Source: Octopus sinensis (lineage: Eukaryota). From it: a DNA stretch of 64,000 nt. The notes under the pieces were generated by a model. It was not told the origin of the DNA, did not search any database, and saw only the letters and a program-made list of their open reading frames with translations. Numbering within the stretch: position 1 is the first letter of the stretch; the number at the start of each line of letters is the position of its first letter. The DNA is taken from assembly GCF_006345805.1 (NCBI RefSeq), contig NC_043002.1:87668001-87732000 (forward strand), written 5' to 3'. The translations under genes and the position numbers were made by a program. Positions 25,979 to 38,577 of the stretch are shown piece by piece.

Positions 25979-27872
25979 CTAATTTGCTTCTCTTTCGCGA
26001 GAAACAGAATAGGACTGAATGAAGACCCTAAGAATATTTTCATAGGAAAATCGACATTCATAGGAATACTGGAAACATCCAAGCAGAATCCAAGCAAGAC
26101 TGACGTGCAGACTAGCAAGCAGTAGGAAGTATAAACGTGTGCGTGTATGTGTGTGTGTGTGTATATATGTGTGTGTGTGTGTGAGGGAAAGAAAGAAAGA
26201 GAGAGAGAGACACCACGCGTACACATACCCGGCTGATTCAGATGTTTTTGAGTATTTACCTATCATTCTTAATGTTTCTTGACAATACAGTATAAGACAA
26301 TGGCATTCTCTATTAACGTTTTATCAGAAGTAGAAATGTAATAAATTATTTGTTCTGAATGTCTAAAATGAAGTGGTATAAAATATTGTTTACAGCGAAA
26401 TGATATAAAAATATTTTAAACTATCAATAAATTGAGATGTAATATAAAACTGTCAAACGTCATTTGAATCGAGGACTACAGAAAAACGAACTAATCAGAA
26501 TGGCTAACTATCTTGTCATTTGGCAGAATGGTTTGATATCGACGTATTCTTTATAACATACTATTGTATAAACTTAAACACATCTAGGTAACTGAAATCA
26601 CATATGCAAACACATCGAACATATTCCCCCTGAGGATTCAAATTCATTTAAATACCATGAAAGAATATTTCAAAACTATATATGATACTGCATAATGAAA
26701 AGGAAGGATTTCCAACGACTAATAATTGGTATTGGAATAGCATTTATCAGATATACAGCTTCCTTTGATGGCGACTATATGTAGTATTCCTCGTATTTCA
26801 TATAAATCCAAAATTATGAGATCATTTTTCTACTTTGGCTGAATATTTGTAACCAGTATACCACATTAAAGAGTGATTAACTCTGTTGATTTTGGGAAAT
26901 ACATTTCTCGAGGGTCTACAATTTACCGCCATAACTATTCTATCTCTAATTAGATACTGTTGCAGAATATTGAATCAATGCCATCGGTCTTGAGAATATA
27001 TACTAGTCATCAACAATCTAACCTATCAAAAGACTTAGCTATTTACTAGTTGTTTTCTTCATCATATACTGTTGGTTGTAATGCATAATAGGAATTCCAA
27101 GTTCTTCTGTGATACCAAATCATCAAGGACCAGCCTATTCTTTCCTTAATAAAAGACAAAAAATACATAACTTGTATTTAAAGCACAAAATACATGAAAT
27201 AAAACAAGAACTTCAGAGTAAAAGGACCTCTTCTGAAAAGTGGGTCCCTGAACCATTTGGATATTTGAATACTGTCACTTCGCTAGAGTAGACAAGCTCA
27301 AGTTCCACTAGAGTACACATGTCCTCTATTACTCTGATCATTGTTCAATCACACTAAAGTTGTAATTTAAGTCTTTTTCTTTAATGTGACACCAAAAAAC
27401 GTTTGGTTGCGTGGGGCACACCACAATGTAGCTTATAATTTCAATTCAGTTTGTGCTGACTTTCATTAGCAGCAACTGATTCGGAATATTGTGACAAAAA
27501 TGATTGACCTGTGTGTTTAATAAAATTACATTCTTCGTGTTCGTATTGTTATAATATCAATAAATTTAGGTTCATTTCCCGCTATTTTCTGTTGTACTAT
27601 ATGTCTGCAAAATTCGATGTAAATAAATTCATATTTATGCTGAGACTGCCTAAAACAAATAATTCATCGACTCATCCCGAGATCAGATGTTCCGCATATT
27701 CAAGAGAGGGAATTTTGAATTAGTTATCAAATCACTGAAATACGCATCAAAGTCTATCTTTGGTCCATTTCTCTCTCATAAACAAAAACATAATTATACC
27801 TCTTACCGGTATAGCATGCCATAAATCAAACAAGAACCAACACCTTATTAGTAAGTGCTGTTTATCTGTAAA

Positions 27873-28080
27873 AATAGTCACATTGTCTTGATGCTTTGCA
27901 GTAATGATACCACTTTCGTGTTTACCTTTAATCCCACTGCCTGTTTAGCTCTCATCTTGTCGCGTTTATGTGTACCTGTAATCACAATATAATCATGTTT
28001 ACTTTTATACTATCTTTATGTTTAGTTCTAGTGTCACTACCTTTGTATTTAGTACTAGTTTCACTACTTTCATGTTTAAT
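27873..28080 (-). repeat. Cryptic degenerate tandem repeat (27,27,23,27,27,23,27,27 bp)
   Basis: Eight units, most starting with an NNTAAACAY-like motif on the minus strand. Unit lengths sum exactly to 208 bp. Confidence 0.45.
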
Positions 28081-28403
28081 TACACTAGTAATGGTTTCAT
28101 TTTTTAGCTTGGCAGCAATTTCAGTGGTCATCTTTTCTACTTTGGTCATATCGATTGATTTAGCTATAATTAGACCAGATCTTTTCATATTTAACCGAGC
28201 TGTGGCATCGTCGGTCACACTCCCATGTCTAAATCAGTAAAAGAATAAACAAATACATATTTATTTTAGAGCTTATATTATAGATTTTAGTGATGCTGTA
28301 TCGTTGTAAATACGAGGAAAATGATGTCACTGGATGAAAACGGTGAATAATAGCATTTCATAAACAAACTTTGGAAGCGTCGAATGTAGTTGGTATTTTC
28401 TAG

Positions 28404-28576
28404 ACAAGAAAGTAAACTTCGAATGCTGTAAATCTTTAAGAGCAGCTGAGAAAGAGCGGGTATTTACCATTATAAGACGGGAGAACGTTGCCAGCAGGCT
28501 GCTACAGGACTTGAAGGACATTCAGGGACGTTTAGCGCTCAGCCGGTTTCTAAAGGATCCCGAAGCCGCCTGCTGA
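28404..28576 (+). CDS. Candidate coding exon ending in a stop codon, unidentified protein
   Basis: Acceptor GGTATTTTCTAG at 28403. Only one frame is open: xKKVNFECCKSLRAAEKERVFTIIRRENVASRLLQDLKDIQGRLALSRFLKDPEAAC*. GC-richer than its flanks. Donor AAG/GTAAAT at 28601/28602. No homology recognised. Confidence 0.35.
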
Positions 28577-29794
28577 CAATGATATTTTCTGTCTTTTAAA
28601 GGTAAATACCCAATCTTTTCCTGCTGCCCTTACAGCTTTACTGCTTTCGAAATTTTCGTTCTTGTCTACAAAGTGAATAATAAGTTCTGAATAAAAATAA
28701 AATAAAGGAACGTGGGAAGATAATAAAAAAAAATATTAGATTCTGGAATGAAGTAAATTGTGAGGCTAATAAACAAAACATTTAAAACGTGTAATAAAAA
28801 TATAAAAATCGTTGGAAGCCAAATATACAAGAAACAGTATAAGATACATATAACAATATGGTTAAGAGAACAAATATTGTTATGGAATTTGAAATTTCAC
28901 TTCCCGCTATGTATTTGCTTCTGCTTAACTGCATATTTCCTGGCGGAGATAATTACTTTTCATATGGAAGATGTTCGCTACAGGATGTTCGCTACAGTCA
29001 AAATTACTATGTCAAAACGGGAACAGATTTTCCTATTTTGCATTTAATTAATAACAAATTTTTTTCAAGAGTTGTTTAAATGTGGAAAAAGGAGAAAAAC
29101 TAAAATCGAAAATAACTTCTACTCAAATAAAATTGATTTCGTTAAATATTTTCTCACAAACCTCATTATCGATTTTAAAAACGTATGCGTATAAAAATGT
29201 TTGGCCGTAGCAGCAGGAATCCCGAAACACATTGTTTAATGGAGTCACCACAGCAAGGTATTTAATTATTCCAAGATTGAAGGAATTACATATAAAAATG
29301 GAAGTTTACGACTTTTTCCATGGAAAAATAGTATCAGCTGACAACTGCATGCTGATACAACAAATCTTACCTAGTATTCCTGCTGCTTATAGCCATCCAT
29401 CTTATACACCCACACTAAGATAGCAAAGCTGGCACTCACACACATAAACACACTCACACACACACATACATACACACACACACACACATACATACACACA
29501 CACACACATATATATAGATGGTCCGTGAACGGATGAGCTGTTAATATGTATACACTATACATAATTGTGTATTGAGGTTTTCTTTATAAATATTATCTTC
29601 TCAGGCCTATATTGGTCGTTTTGCATACACACATACACACAGATACACACACACACACATATATATGTATGCATACACAAATATGTATGTATATATATAT
29701 ATATGTATATTGATAAAAATGGTGAGACAACAAAAGCAAGAAAGAGACCTCGATATTATGTAAATGGAGGAATTTATCTGTAAATGCAATATGT

Positions 29795-29907
29795 GCCATG
29801 ATAAAACTCCGAGTTTCGGATGCCGATTTTCCCGATGGCCGGATAACTGAAGAGATGACAGCGTGGATTTCTAACTCGGCATTCGAAACTCGGAGTTTTA
29901 TCATGGC
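29795..29907 (+). mobile_element. 113-bp inverted-repeat element containing a hammerhead-like motif (probable ultra-truncated inverted PLE insertion)
   Basis: 32-bp inverted arms with one mismatch at 29795-29826 and 29876-29907. On the plus strand, 29842-29902 reads GATAA-CTGAAGA-GATG...CATTC-GAAA-CTCGGAG-TT-TTATC. Confidence 0.55.
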
Positions 29908-29934
29908 TACCGAATAATTGTCACACATTACATT

Positions 29935-29993
<59 letters not shown>

Positions 29994-29997
29994 TATA

Positions 29998-30205
29998 TAC
30001 TCTTTACTCTTTTATTTGTTTCAGTAATTTGACTACGGCCATGCTGGAGCACCGCCTTATAGTCGAGCAAATCGACACCAGGATTTATTCTTTGTAAGCC
30101 TAGTACTTATTCTAACGGTCCCTTTTGCCGAACAGCAAAGTTACGGGAACGTAAACACACCAGCATCAGTTGTCGAGCGATGTTGGGAGGACAAACACAG
30201 ACACA
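29998..30205 (-). mobile_element. Family B SINE 3' half
   Basis: TACTCTTTACTCTTTTATTTGTTTCAGT...GCCATGCTGGAGCACCGCCTT... is the reverse complement of the 1850-2065 body. Confidence 0.85.
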
Positions 30206-30210
30206 CAACC

Positions 30211-30244
<34 letters not shown>

Positions 30245-30289
30245 GCATATATATATATACGTATATGCATGTATTTATGTATGTACATG

Positions 30290-30371
<82 letters not shown>

Positions 30372-31297
30372 CATAAATACATATACATATATATCTATTT
30401 GTATATGTATATGCGTATATTTATATACACACACCCACACACGCGCGCGCACATTTTTGTTCAGAAAGAGAGTGTTAGAGAGATAGCCAGATAATTAAAA
30501 AAGACAATGGATCTATGTCCCAACTTAGTAAATAGACGAAGAGGTATTTGAAAAGTCTTGGCAATAGAAAACTCTTATTTTTTTGCTTATTTTATTGAAA
30601 ACAGTTCCGTTTAATTGTCCTCATTCAATTGAATGTCTTTGTATCAAAATAATTGTTTCGCCATTTTGCTATTTTGAGCCTGCTTCATGTGAACGAGACG
30701 ACTGTATAATTGAGCAAATATTTTACGATCGATTCTTATACAACACAGAAAGTTCGACAATTGGTGTAAGACAAAACAAAAGCAAAATCGCAAAAGAAAA
30801 AGCATCTGTTGATTTTGCTTTTGTTTTCTGCTTTCATGTTGTTAGTTTTGCCGCTGTTTTATTGTTGTTTCCATTGTCGATGTTGATGTTTCCAATATTC
30901 ACCGTTATTTTGTCTGTGTTTACCAATCTCCTATTTCATTCCACTTTATATTTTCTTAACCTCTAAATAGATTTTCAAGAAGGAAAGTATATCACAATCA
31001 ATTCTTTTACTGCGTCACTATCAATATTTTACTACTCCAACTACTTGCGTCCTTATTATGCTGATGGCTACTGTTGTTGTTGTTGCTGTTAAGGCTAGTA
31101 GATCAATCATTATTGTTATTGTAATTGTCCATATGAATATTTTGTGTTTGATGCGAACAAGTATTTAAAATATTCTGTTACAAGATGCCTAAAAATATAA
31201 AGTGTTTGTACACAGCTTATAAATATGAAATGATGATCGACATAAAATGGTTAATGTTATTAGAATTTTTATTTTTAGTGACTGCTAATGATTGTTA

Positions 31298-31367
31298 AAG
31301 AAGAAGAAGAAGAAGAAGAAGAAGAAGAAGAAGAAGAAGAAGAAGAAGAAGAAGATGATGATGATGA

Positions 31368-31423
<56 letters not shown>

Positions 31424-31455
31424 GGAGGAGGAGGAGGAGGAAGATGACGATGATG
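31298..31455. repeat. Compound trinucleotide repeat (GAA)n(GAT)n(GAG)n
   Basis: Direct read. Confidence 0.95.
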
Positions 31456-32214
31456 AGCTATAGCAATTCGAAGATGGTGATGTTGACGGCAACAACATTG
31501 TTGCTAGCAACGCTGTGCATTGCCTGATACACTCCTGCTGAGTCTGCAAACAAGTTAGGCTTCTCCACTGAAGTCATTCCATTTTACGTACAGTGTTATT
31601 ACTTTTCGAAAAGGTATGAATGTCACATCTTCCCACTTTCCTTTCTTCGTGTATAAAAATATTGGTTCTATTCAAAAGAATATACATATTGTGAATTCTC
31701 AAGGTTTATACTCTGCAGACTCTATTTAACATTTCTGTCTACAGAAGTAGTTAAATTGGCAATGGTTATCGTATTAGCAAAATTATTAGAGACAATTCAT
31801 GCTCTTGAACTTCTATTATTTTAGAGAATTCTGGAGGCCATGAGTTGGCGAAGTGGTTACATTGTGGGATACAATGCCTTGAGGTAAATGTTCTGACTCT
31901 CATATTTTCGGTTTCAGTACATAAAGCACTAGTCTTGGACTGAGGTTGATTCTTCCCTTTTTTGTCTGTCTTTCTGTCTCCATCTTTTGTTATTCTGTAT
32001 CACTCCTTCTGAAAGAAAGTAGTTGTGCTCAGATCTGCAGAGAGATAGGCTCCTTAAACTCTAAAAGTGCGCAAGACACTCCGTATTTCACGATGCAGCA
32101 CTTATGAGTTCATGAATATTTGGGGGTCGAAAGTCAAGGCCAAATATTCACAAAATCGTTAGAGCGTTGGACAATGCTTCGCGTGATTTAGTTTTGGTAG
32201 TTTATATACTGAGT

Positions 32215-32447
32215 AAAGGCGGCGAGTTGGCAGAAACGTTAGCACGCCGGGGGAAATGCGTAGCCGTATTTCGTCTGCAGTTACGTTCTGGGTTCAAATT
32301 CCGCCGCGGTCGACTTAGCCTTTCATCCTTTCAGGGTCGATAAATTAAGTACCAGTTACATACTGGGGTCGATCTAATCGACTTAATCCATCTGTCTGTC
32401 CTTGTTCGTCCCCTCTGTGTTTAGCCCCTTGTGGGTAGTAAAGAAAT
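32215..32447 (+). mobile_element. Monomeric family C SINE with TSD
   Basis: Full head and body. Flanked by TATATACTGA(G/A)T. Confidence 0.88.
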
Positions 32448-33535
32448 ATATATACTGAATTTGAATCCCATCGAATTCAAATTTCTCTTTAATCTTTTCG
32501 GGATTGATAAAATAAAGCACCTGCAAAGTGTTGGAGCCATTATTATAGACTATAACTCTTAACCCCAATTACAGGATTTGTGCATTTGTTAGAAGTTATT
32601 ATCGCTGTTATCGGTGTATAGCAGAAATACAAGAGTGTCCAATTTGATGTGTTCTTATATTAGTTTCAAATTTTGGCACAAGGCCAGAAATTTCGGGGGT
32701 AGACAATAAGTCGGTTACATCGACCCCGGTGTACGACTGGTACTTGTTTTATCGAAACTGGAAGGGTGAAACGCAAAGTTGACCACAGTAGCATTTGAGC
32801 TCAGAAAGTAAAGTCGAAAGAAATATCGCTAAGTATTTTTTTCCTGCGCGGTTACGCTAACTGTCTTCTAGACACAAATAAAAGAAAAGTGACAGGTCAG
32901 CGCTGCTCAAAGTGACCTATTATCAAAACTTTTCTAACCGTGACAATCCTGTATTTTATTCAGATTACTCTACTGCTGCATTATTTAATTTGTCACTAGT
33001 TTCTTTACATCTTTAAAAATGGCTGGGTGTGATTTGAAGAAGAAATGGCTGTTAATTAGAACAATTCGTTTAAACTGATTTGTAACTGACATTTAACTGA
33101 AGCACAGTTTCCTTGCTGTTCCATCTTACTTGCAGTTGTGAATCTAAAGTCGATTACTAACAAAGAAATTTGTTCAAGAATATTGAATGTCCTCAATTTT
33201 GGTTTTTTAATTGTGGTCTTCACTTTTCAATTTAAACGAAGGAAATTGGTCTGTTTTTTTTCTGTCTTTTGGCCTGTGTGATGTGGCAGCGGTAGTGGTA
33301 GTGGCGATAATAAAAGTAAAACAGTTTTGACTTCCTTCAAACAAACAAAAAAATGAAATTACAAAATTTGAATTAAGAATCATATTTGTAACTAGTGCTG
33401 TTGTTGTGTGCGCACATGCATACACCCCCACACACGTTCTATTTAGGAAATCGTTTTAGCATTGAAAGACATAATGAAATAATACAGTTTTATATTTAAG
33501 AGATGAGGAATTATTTACATTATTTACATTTGACG

Positions 33536-33755
33536 AGGCGGCGAGCTGACAGTCGTTAGCACGCCGGGCGAAATGCGTAGCCGTATTTCGTCTGTCGCTA
33601 CGTTCTGAGTTCAAATTCCGCCGAGGTCGACTTTGCCTTTCATCCTTTCGGGGTTGATAAATAGAGTGCCAGTTACGCACTGGGGTCGATATAATCGACT
33701 TAATCCGGTTGTCTGTCCCCTCTGTGTTTAACCCCTTGTGGGTAGTAAGGAAATA
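33536..33755 (+). mobile_element. Monomeric family C SINE inserted into the PLE terminal repeat, 15-bp TSD
   Basis: TSD TATTTACATTTGACG at 33521-33535 and 33756-33770. Confidence 0.9.
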
Positions 33756-34514
33756 TATTTACATTTGACGGATATTTGCTAACACAACGTTTTGACTTCA
33801 TCAGGTGTCTTGGGGAAATTATTGTCACTGCCTGGAATCGAACTCGGAATCTTGGGGTTAGTAGCCCACGCGCTTGACTACAACGCCATATGTCCATTGG
33901 CAATTGTGAAGTGAATTTTAGGGCTTATAAATCTAATATTTTTTACTATCCTTCCTTAATACCGGTTCCCATATGCTGCTCATACCTGCACTCGGTCTGC
34001 TTAGGAGGCTGTTGTGTCTTAGCATATGTGCTGCTTCTTTTAGTTTTCGTATTTTCCAGTAGTGTTCTCTGTCTTTTATTTTAACTTCATCCCACAGGGG
34101 AAGGGGGTCTCCATTTTTCATACATGATTAGCTATACCCGATTTATCAATATCTCCTCGTGTTACAGATTTGTGATATTCTTCTACACTTATTTTGAGGG
34201 AGCGGCATGTTTCGCCTTTGTATAACCTACCACAGCAGCATGGGATGGAGTACACTCAGTTTTTGGTCATGTTCTCTTCTATTGGTAGTTTTACTCGAAG
34301 GAGATATTTGTGAAGCGTTGTGTTACTCTTGAATGCTGTCCTGATGTCATATGGGCTGCATATCTTTTGAATCTTTTCGGAGAGGCTTTTCACATAGGGT
34401 AGACAGACTGTGGACAGTTTATTGGTTTCATCCCCGCTTTTCTTCACAATTGGTGTAGTTGTTAAGAGCGCAGGCTACCAACCCCAAGATTTCGAGTTCG
34501 ATTCCAGGCAGTGA

Positions 34515-34567
<53 letters not shown>

Positions 34568-34597
34568 TCGAAAAATACCTTACGAATGAGAACCCAG

Positions 34598-34643
34598 GAC
34601 ACTTGATGAAGGCTGGAGGGTATATCAGCCGAAACGCTGTGTT
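34598..34643 (+). ncRNA. Minimal hammerhead motif, degenerate copy
   Basis: GACAC-TTGATGA-A-GGCTG(loop)CAGCC-GAAA-CG-CT-GTGTT. The mirror copy at 33782-33809 (minus) has intact CTGATGA and AACGTT but has lost stem II. Together they reconstruct a canonical core. Confidence 0.65.
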
Positions 34644-36194
34644 AGCAACAAACAAGATGAGGACAAATATCCGTCAAATGTAAATAATGCAAATAATGTA
34701 CAATTAAATAATATTTATTGAAAACCGAGTCTGTGTCAGTCGTTACTAGGAGTTTCTTGCTCCTGATTCTCAAACTGTTTACTAAAGTGTATTTGAAACT
34801 CATTTATATGTACACCGGCTGGGTTCCTAATGGGAACAACTTGGTAATAGCTTATAATTCACTGAAGAGTTCACATATAAACGTGTAAAACAAGTATAAT
34901 AAATTTTGAAGAATCTTTATAGCATAAGAGCGTATTTTTATAAGAATTCTAATGAAATCTTGTGTGATGAACTTGCAAAAATACACAAATGTATAAAAAT
35001 TAATCGTAGGATAGGCAGAGCTGTCGCTCAAGGCTAGTCTTTAAAAATGTATCCTCTTTTCCCAGTTATAATTCTTTGGTGAATACTGCTTATAATATAT
35101 ATTGGTAAAACATTCTTCGTTGACAGGTATGAAGTACTAAGACTTGAAGTTTTAAAAAATTCTTTAATTTTTTTTCCTTTTCTTAGTTTTCTAGCTTTCT
35201 AGTTTGAAAATTTGTGGTTTTAGCTAGAAGTTAAATTTCGAAATTTTGTCTCAGTTGTTCAGAATTGGTTTGATAGCTAAATTGGTTTGATAGCTAAATA
35301 TTTTAGCAATCGCCTAAGATGATTTCTACAGTTTTGGTCCTATATTTGTTTATTAGCTCTATTAGCAATAAAAATAAATTTTAACATGAGGGAAAATGTG
35401 TGTGGAACTAATGTTAAAATGATTTTGATTTTAGGTGTTTAAATGAAGCAATCAATGAATCATTACATTTGACTTGCATAACAAACAATACATAATGAAG
35501 ATGATTTGCGATATATCAAATATGTAAACATGATATAAAAGATTCATACATTCGTCAGCATGGGAAGAAATGCGTACGTTACAACAAGGATATCTATCAC
35601 TAACAAATGTACAAATTTTAGGTCTCCACTTTTACTTGTTTTAATCATTGGACTACGGCCAAGAATTCAAAATAGGGTGGAGATATTGAAATCGGGGACC
35701 AATCAAGCTTCTTGATTTCAGTTACCCAAAGTAATGTATGTTCTTAAAAGGTTGGACATTTCAATGTGTCCATTCTGCATTGAATTTTTCTTGTTCGGTA
35801 ATGTTTTACTATAAATTTTTGCTTCGCTAGGGATTCCGGGGAAATATCGCCTGAAGAAATGGCAGTTATTCAACAATATGAATTTACATGATGTCAGGAA
35901 TTAAGTTATGTTCAATCACTACACGCACACACGCTGACCTGCACACACAGATATGCACACGCACACACACATACATGCACACACACACGCACACACACAC
36001 ATATATATATATATACAAGTAAGTAATTGTTGTCAGAGGACGTTTAGCTTAATGGTACAGCATTCATCCAGTATTTTAAAGGGTACAGGTTCGATTTCTG
36101 TAGCTACATATTAAAATTTTTTTCCTTCTTACAACAGTAAATACCCAATATTTTTCTGCCGTTCTTAGAAATATATATATATATACATATATAT

Positions 36195-36230
<36 letters not shown>

Positions 36231-36261
36231 GAAAGTTGGTTTGTGAAAGCACGTGGGTGAA

Positions 36262-37340
36262 TATATAGAAAATAGTAAAGAGTGAAAAAACTACAGAAGG
36301 CTTAAATGTTAAAAAATATATATATTGGCGTCAATATGTCTGAAGAATAGAAAATTAAAAAAATAAAATTTTTTTCTCTTATAATGACATAATTTAAAAG
36401 AAAGACCGGTTTCGCGTGTAGCTTTTCAAATTTCTTGCGACGTTATGTTTATGTTGAATAGAGTTTTCGTTATGTTTATGTTCAAGAGAGTTCTAAATAA
36501 GGGAAGGTAGTGAGTGATTTCTTCCGGTGTAAGGGAGATAATCGCTTAAAAAATTTTTCCTTTCCCTTGGTGTGAATTTTTCTGTATCAGTATGTTCGGA
36601 TGGTTGAGTCTGGGCTTGTACTTTTCAATGAAGAATGTTTCCTTGTTTAGTCTAATTTGTGTTGATGATCCGAAAGCACATTGGTAAAATGGAAAGATTA
36701 AAAATTGTGGTAGTAGTATTAAAACATAATTTATGTCATAAAATGCTCGGGCTGCCACCAAGACTACGTGGGTTCCACGGGACTATCACTCAGACGTAGA
36801 TGCACACTGCATCGACAAAAGATTGCATTCCCAGAATATAGAATGATACCTTTTAGTGAGCACATTGAGAAATGCGCAAAGCAACTACTACCACAATTTT
36901 TAATCTTTCCATTTTACCAATGTGCTTTCGGATCATCAACACAAATTAGACTAAACAAGGAAACATTCTTCATTGAAAAGTACAAGCCCAGACTCAACCA
37001 TCCGAACGTACTGATACAGAAAAATTCACACCAAGGAAAAGGAAAAGTTTTTTAAGCGATTATCTCCCTTACACCGGAAGAAATCACTCACTACCTTCCC
37101 TTATTTAGAACTCTCTTGAACATAAACATAACGAAAACTCTATTCAACATAAACATAACGTCGCAAGAAATTTGAAAAGCTACACGCGAAACCGGTCTTT
37201 CTTTTAAATTATGTCATTATAAGAGAAAAAATTTTTTTTTTTAAATTTTCTAATATTCTTCAGACATATTGACGCAAATATATATATTTTTTAACATTTA
37301 AGCCTTCTGTAGTTTTTTCACTCTTTACTATTTGCTATAT
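36262..37340 (+). mobile_element. 5'-truncated Penelope-like element with inverted duplication (arms about 455 bp, spacer 166 bp)
   Basis: 36723-37055 reads NIIYVIKCSGCHQDYVGSTGLSLRRRCTLHRQKI...EHIEKC...FLIFPFY...RLNKETFFIEKYKPRLN, an uninterrupted GIY-YIG C-terminal domain. 36262-36717 is the near-perfect reverse complement of 36884-37340. Confidence 0.9.
37165..37203 (+). ncRNA. Minimal hammerhead motif with U3:A8 covariant core (mirror copy at 36398-36436, minus)
   Basis: AAGAAA-T-TTGAAAA-GC(TACAC)GC-GAAA-CCGG-TC-TTTCTT. 6-bp stem I, palindromic CCGG stem III, UC cleavage site. Confidence 0.6.
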
Positions 37341-37355
37341 ATATATATATATATT

Positions 37356-37389
<34 letters not shown>

Positions 37390-37582
37390 CATATATATAA
37401 GACCCATTTTCTTCTTAAGAAAAAATATATTTTCATATAAATTAAACATTGTATCATGAATATAGCATTAAAAATTATGCTATAACCATGTAAGTGTGCG
37501 TATTCTCCGTTTTTATTTTTCTTATATACATTACAATCCACCACGTGGGAACAACCGAAATTCCTCTTTTCTGTTACTACTA

Positions 37583-37649
<67 letters not shown>

Positions 37650-38453
37650 CACCAGGTTAACCTTTACGTGTTTGTCCTAAACAAAATATATTTCCTATTA
37701 TGTTCTTTTATCATACTTATTTAAGACTTAGCATGAATTTCTAATTTGCTTAATGTTAATTGTAATCTGAGTTTGAGTACGGGTTGACTTTAGTTTATTG
37801 AATTTAATTATCTGCTGCTACTGATATCAATAGATTCGATCTCCAGTAGATCGAAAACCATTTAACTCTTTACAGGTACTATCATCATACGAATCGGCTT
37901 TTCTCTAATGAGCTTCCTGAAGCTTTTACTAACTGTAAATTCCTAATTACATTTTAATTAAAAACTAGAAACATTATTCTCCTTTTCCTAATAATCAAAT
38001 TCGGGATAAATCTTTTCTATTGTCATTTTCACTTTATCTATAATGACGCTATTGAAACAGCGGTCACAGCAATCAACTTGGAATTCATTAAAATTTTTAC
38101 TAAATTTGTACACGGGAAAACGATGCTGGACGGATATTGCTTGAAGTGTTAGTGATAAAATATACACGTAGAAATAATAATAGAATCACTGATACGTAAA
38201 TGTATTCACAATCACACATGTCATCTCCTTAAAAACGACCTCCACCTATTTTCTCAACCGATAGAACTAACATAATATTCCGTTTGTACGATTCTCATAT
38301 ATCTGTTCCCTCTACCCATTACCCTTAGAACGCATTTAATGACTAAATACTTAGCCACTTACATTCTGTCCTTTTCAAAGCTTTCTTCTTTGAATCTGCC
38401 GTGCGAATGAGCTAATATGGCGAAATATGTAAGTGTTACTTTTACTCACATAC

Positions 38454-38454
<1 letters not shown>

Positions 38455-38493
<39 letters not shown>

Positions 38494-38495
38494 AA

Positions 38496-38576
<81 letters not shown>
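38455..38576. repeat. (TATC)n microsatellite
   Basis: Direct read. Confidence 0.95.

Positions 38577-38577
<1 letters not shown>

Larger units (their letters stand above)
33483..34700 (-). mobile_element. 5'-truncated Penelope-like element (Poseidon-type endonuclease) with inverted terminal repeat carrying a tRNA-like cassette and hammerhead
   Basis: Minus-strand 34447-33930 reads LPYVKSLSEKIQKICSPYDIRTAFKSNTTL...N*VYSIPCCCGRLYKGETCRS...PLWDEVKIKDRE..KIRKLKEAAHML, a GIY-YIG domain with a stop and frameshifts. The downstream repeat (33483-33905, minus) is mirrored at 34441-34700 (plus), starting at the shared CTTCACAATTG. Confidence 0.8.

Noticed and set aside
31288-31549. Acidic or Ser-rich protein exon
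   Set aside because: Pure compound trinucleotide repeat. An acceptor-like site at about 31545 (minus) is not enough support.
36546-36761. Paralogous gene pair sharing LLPQFLIFPFY...
   Set aside because: The minus-strand ORF is just the inverted duplicate arm of the Penelope endonuclease.
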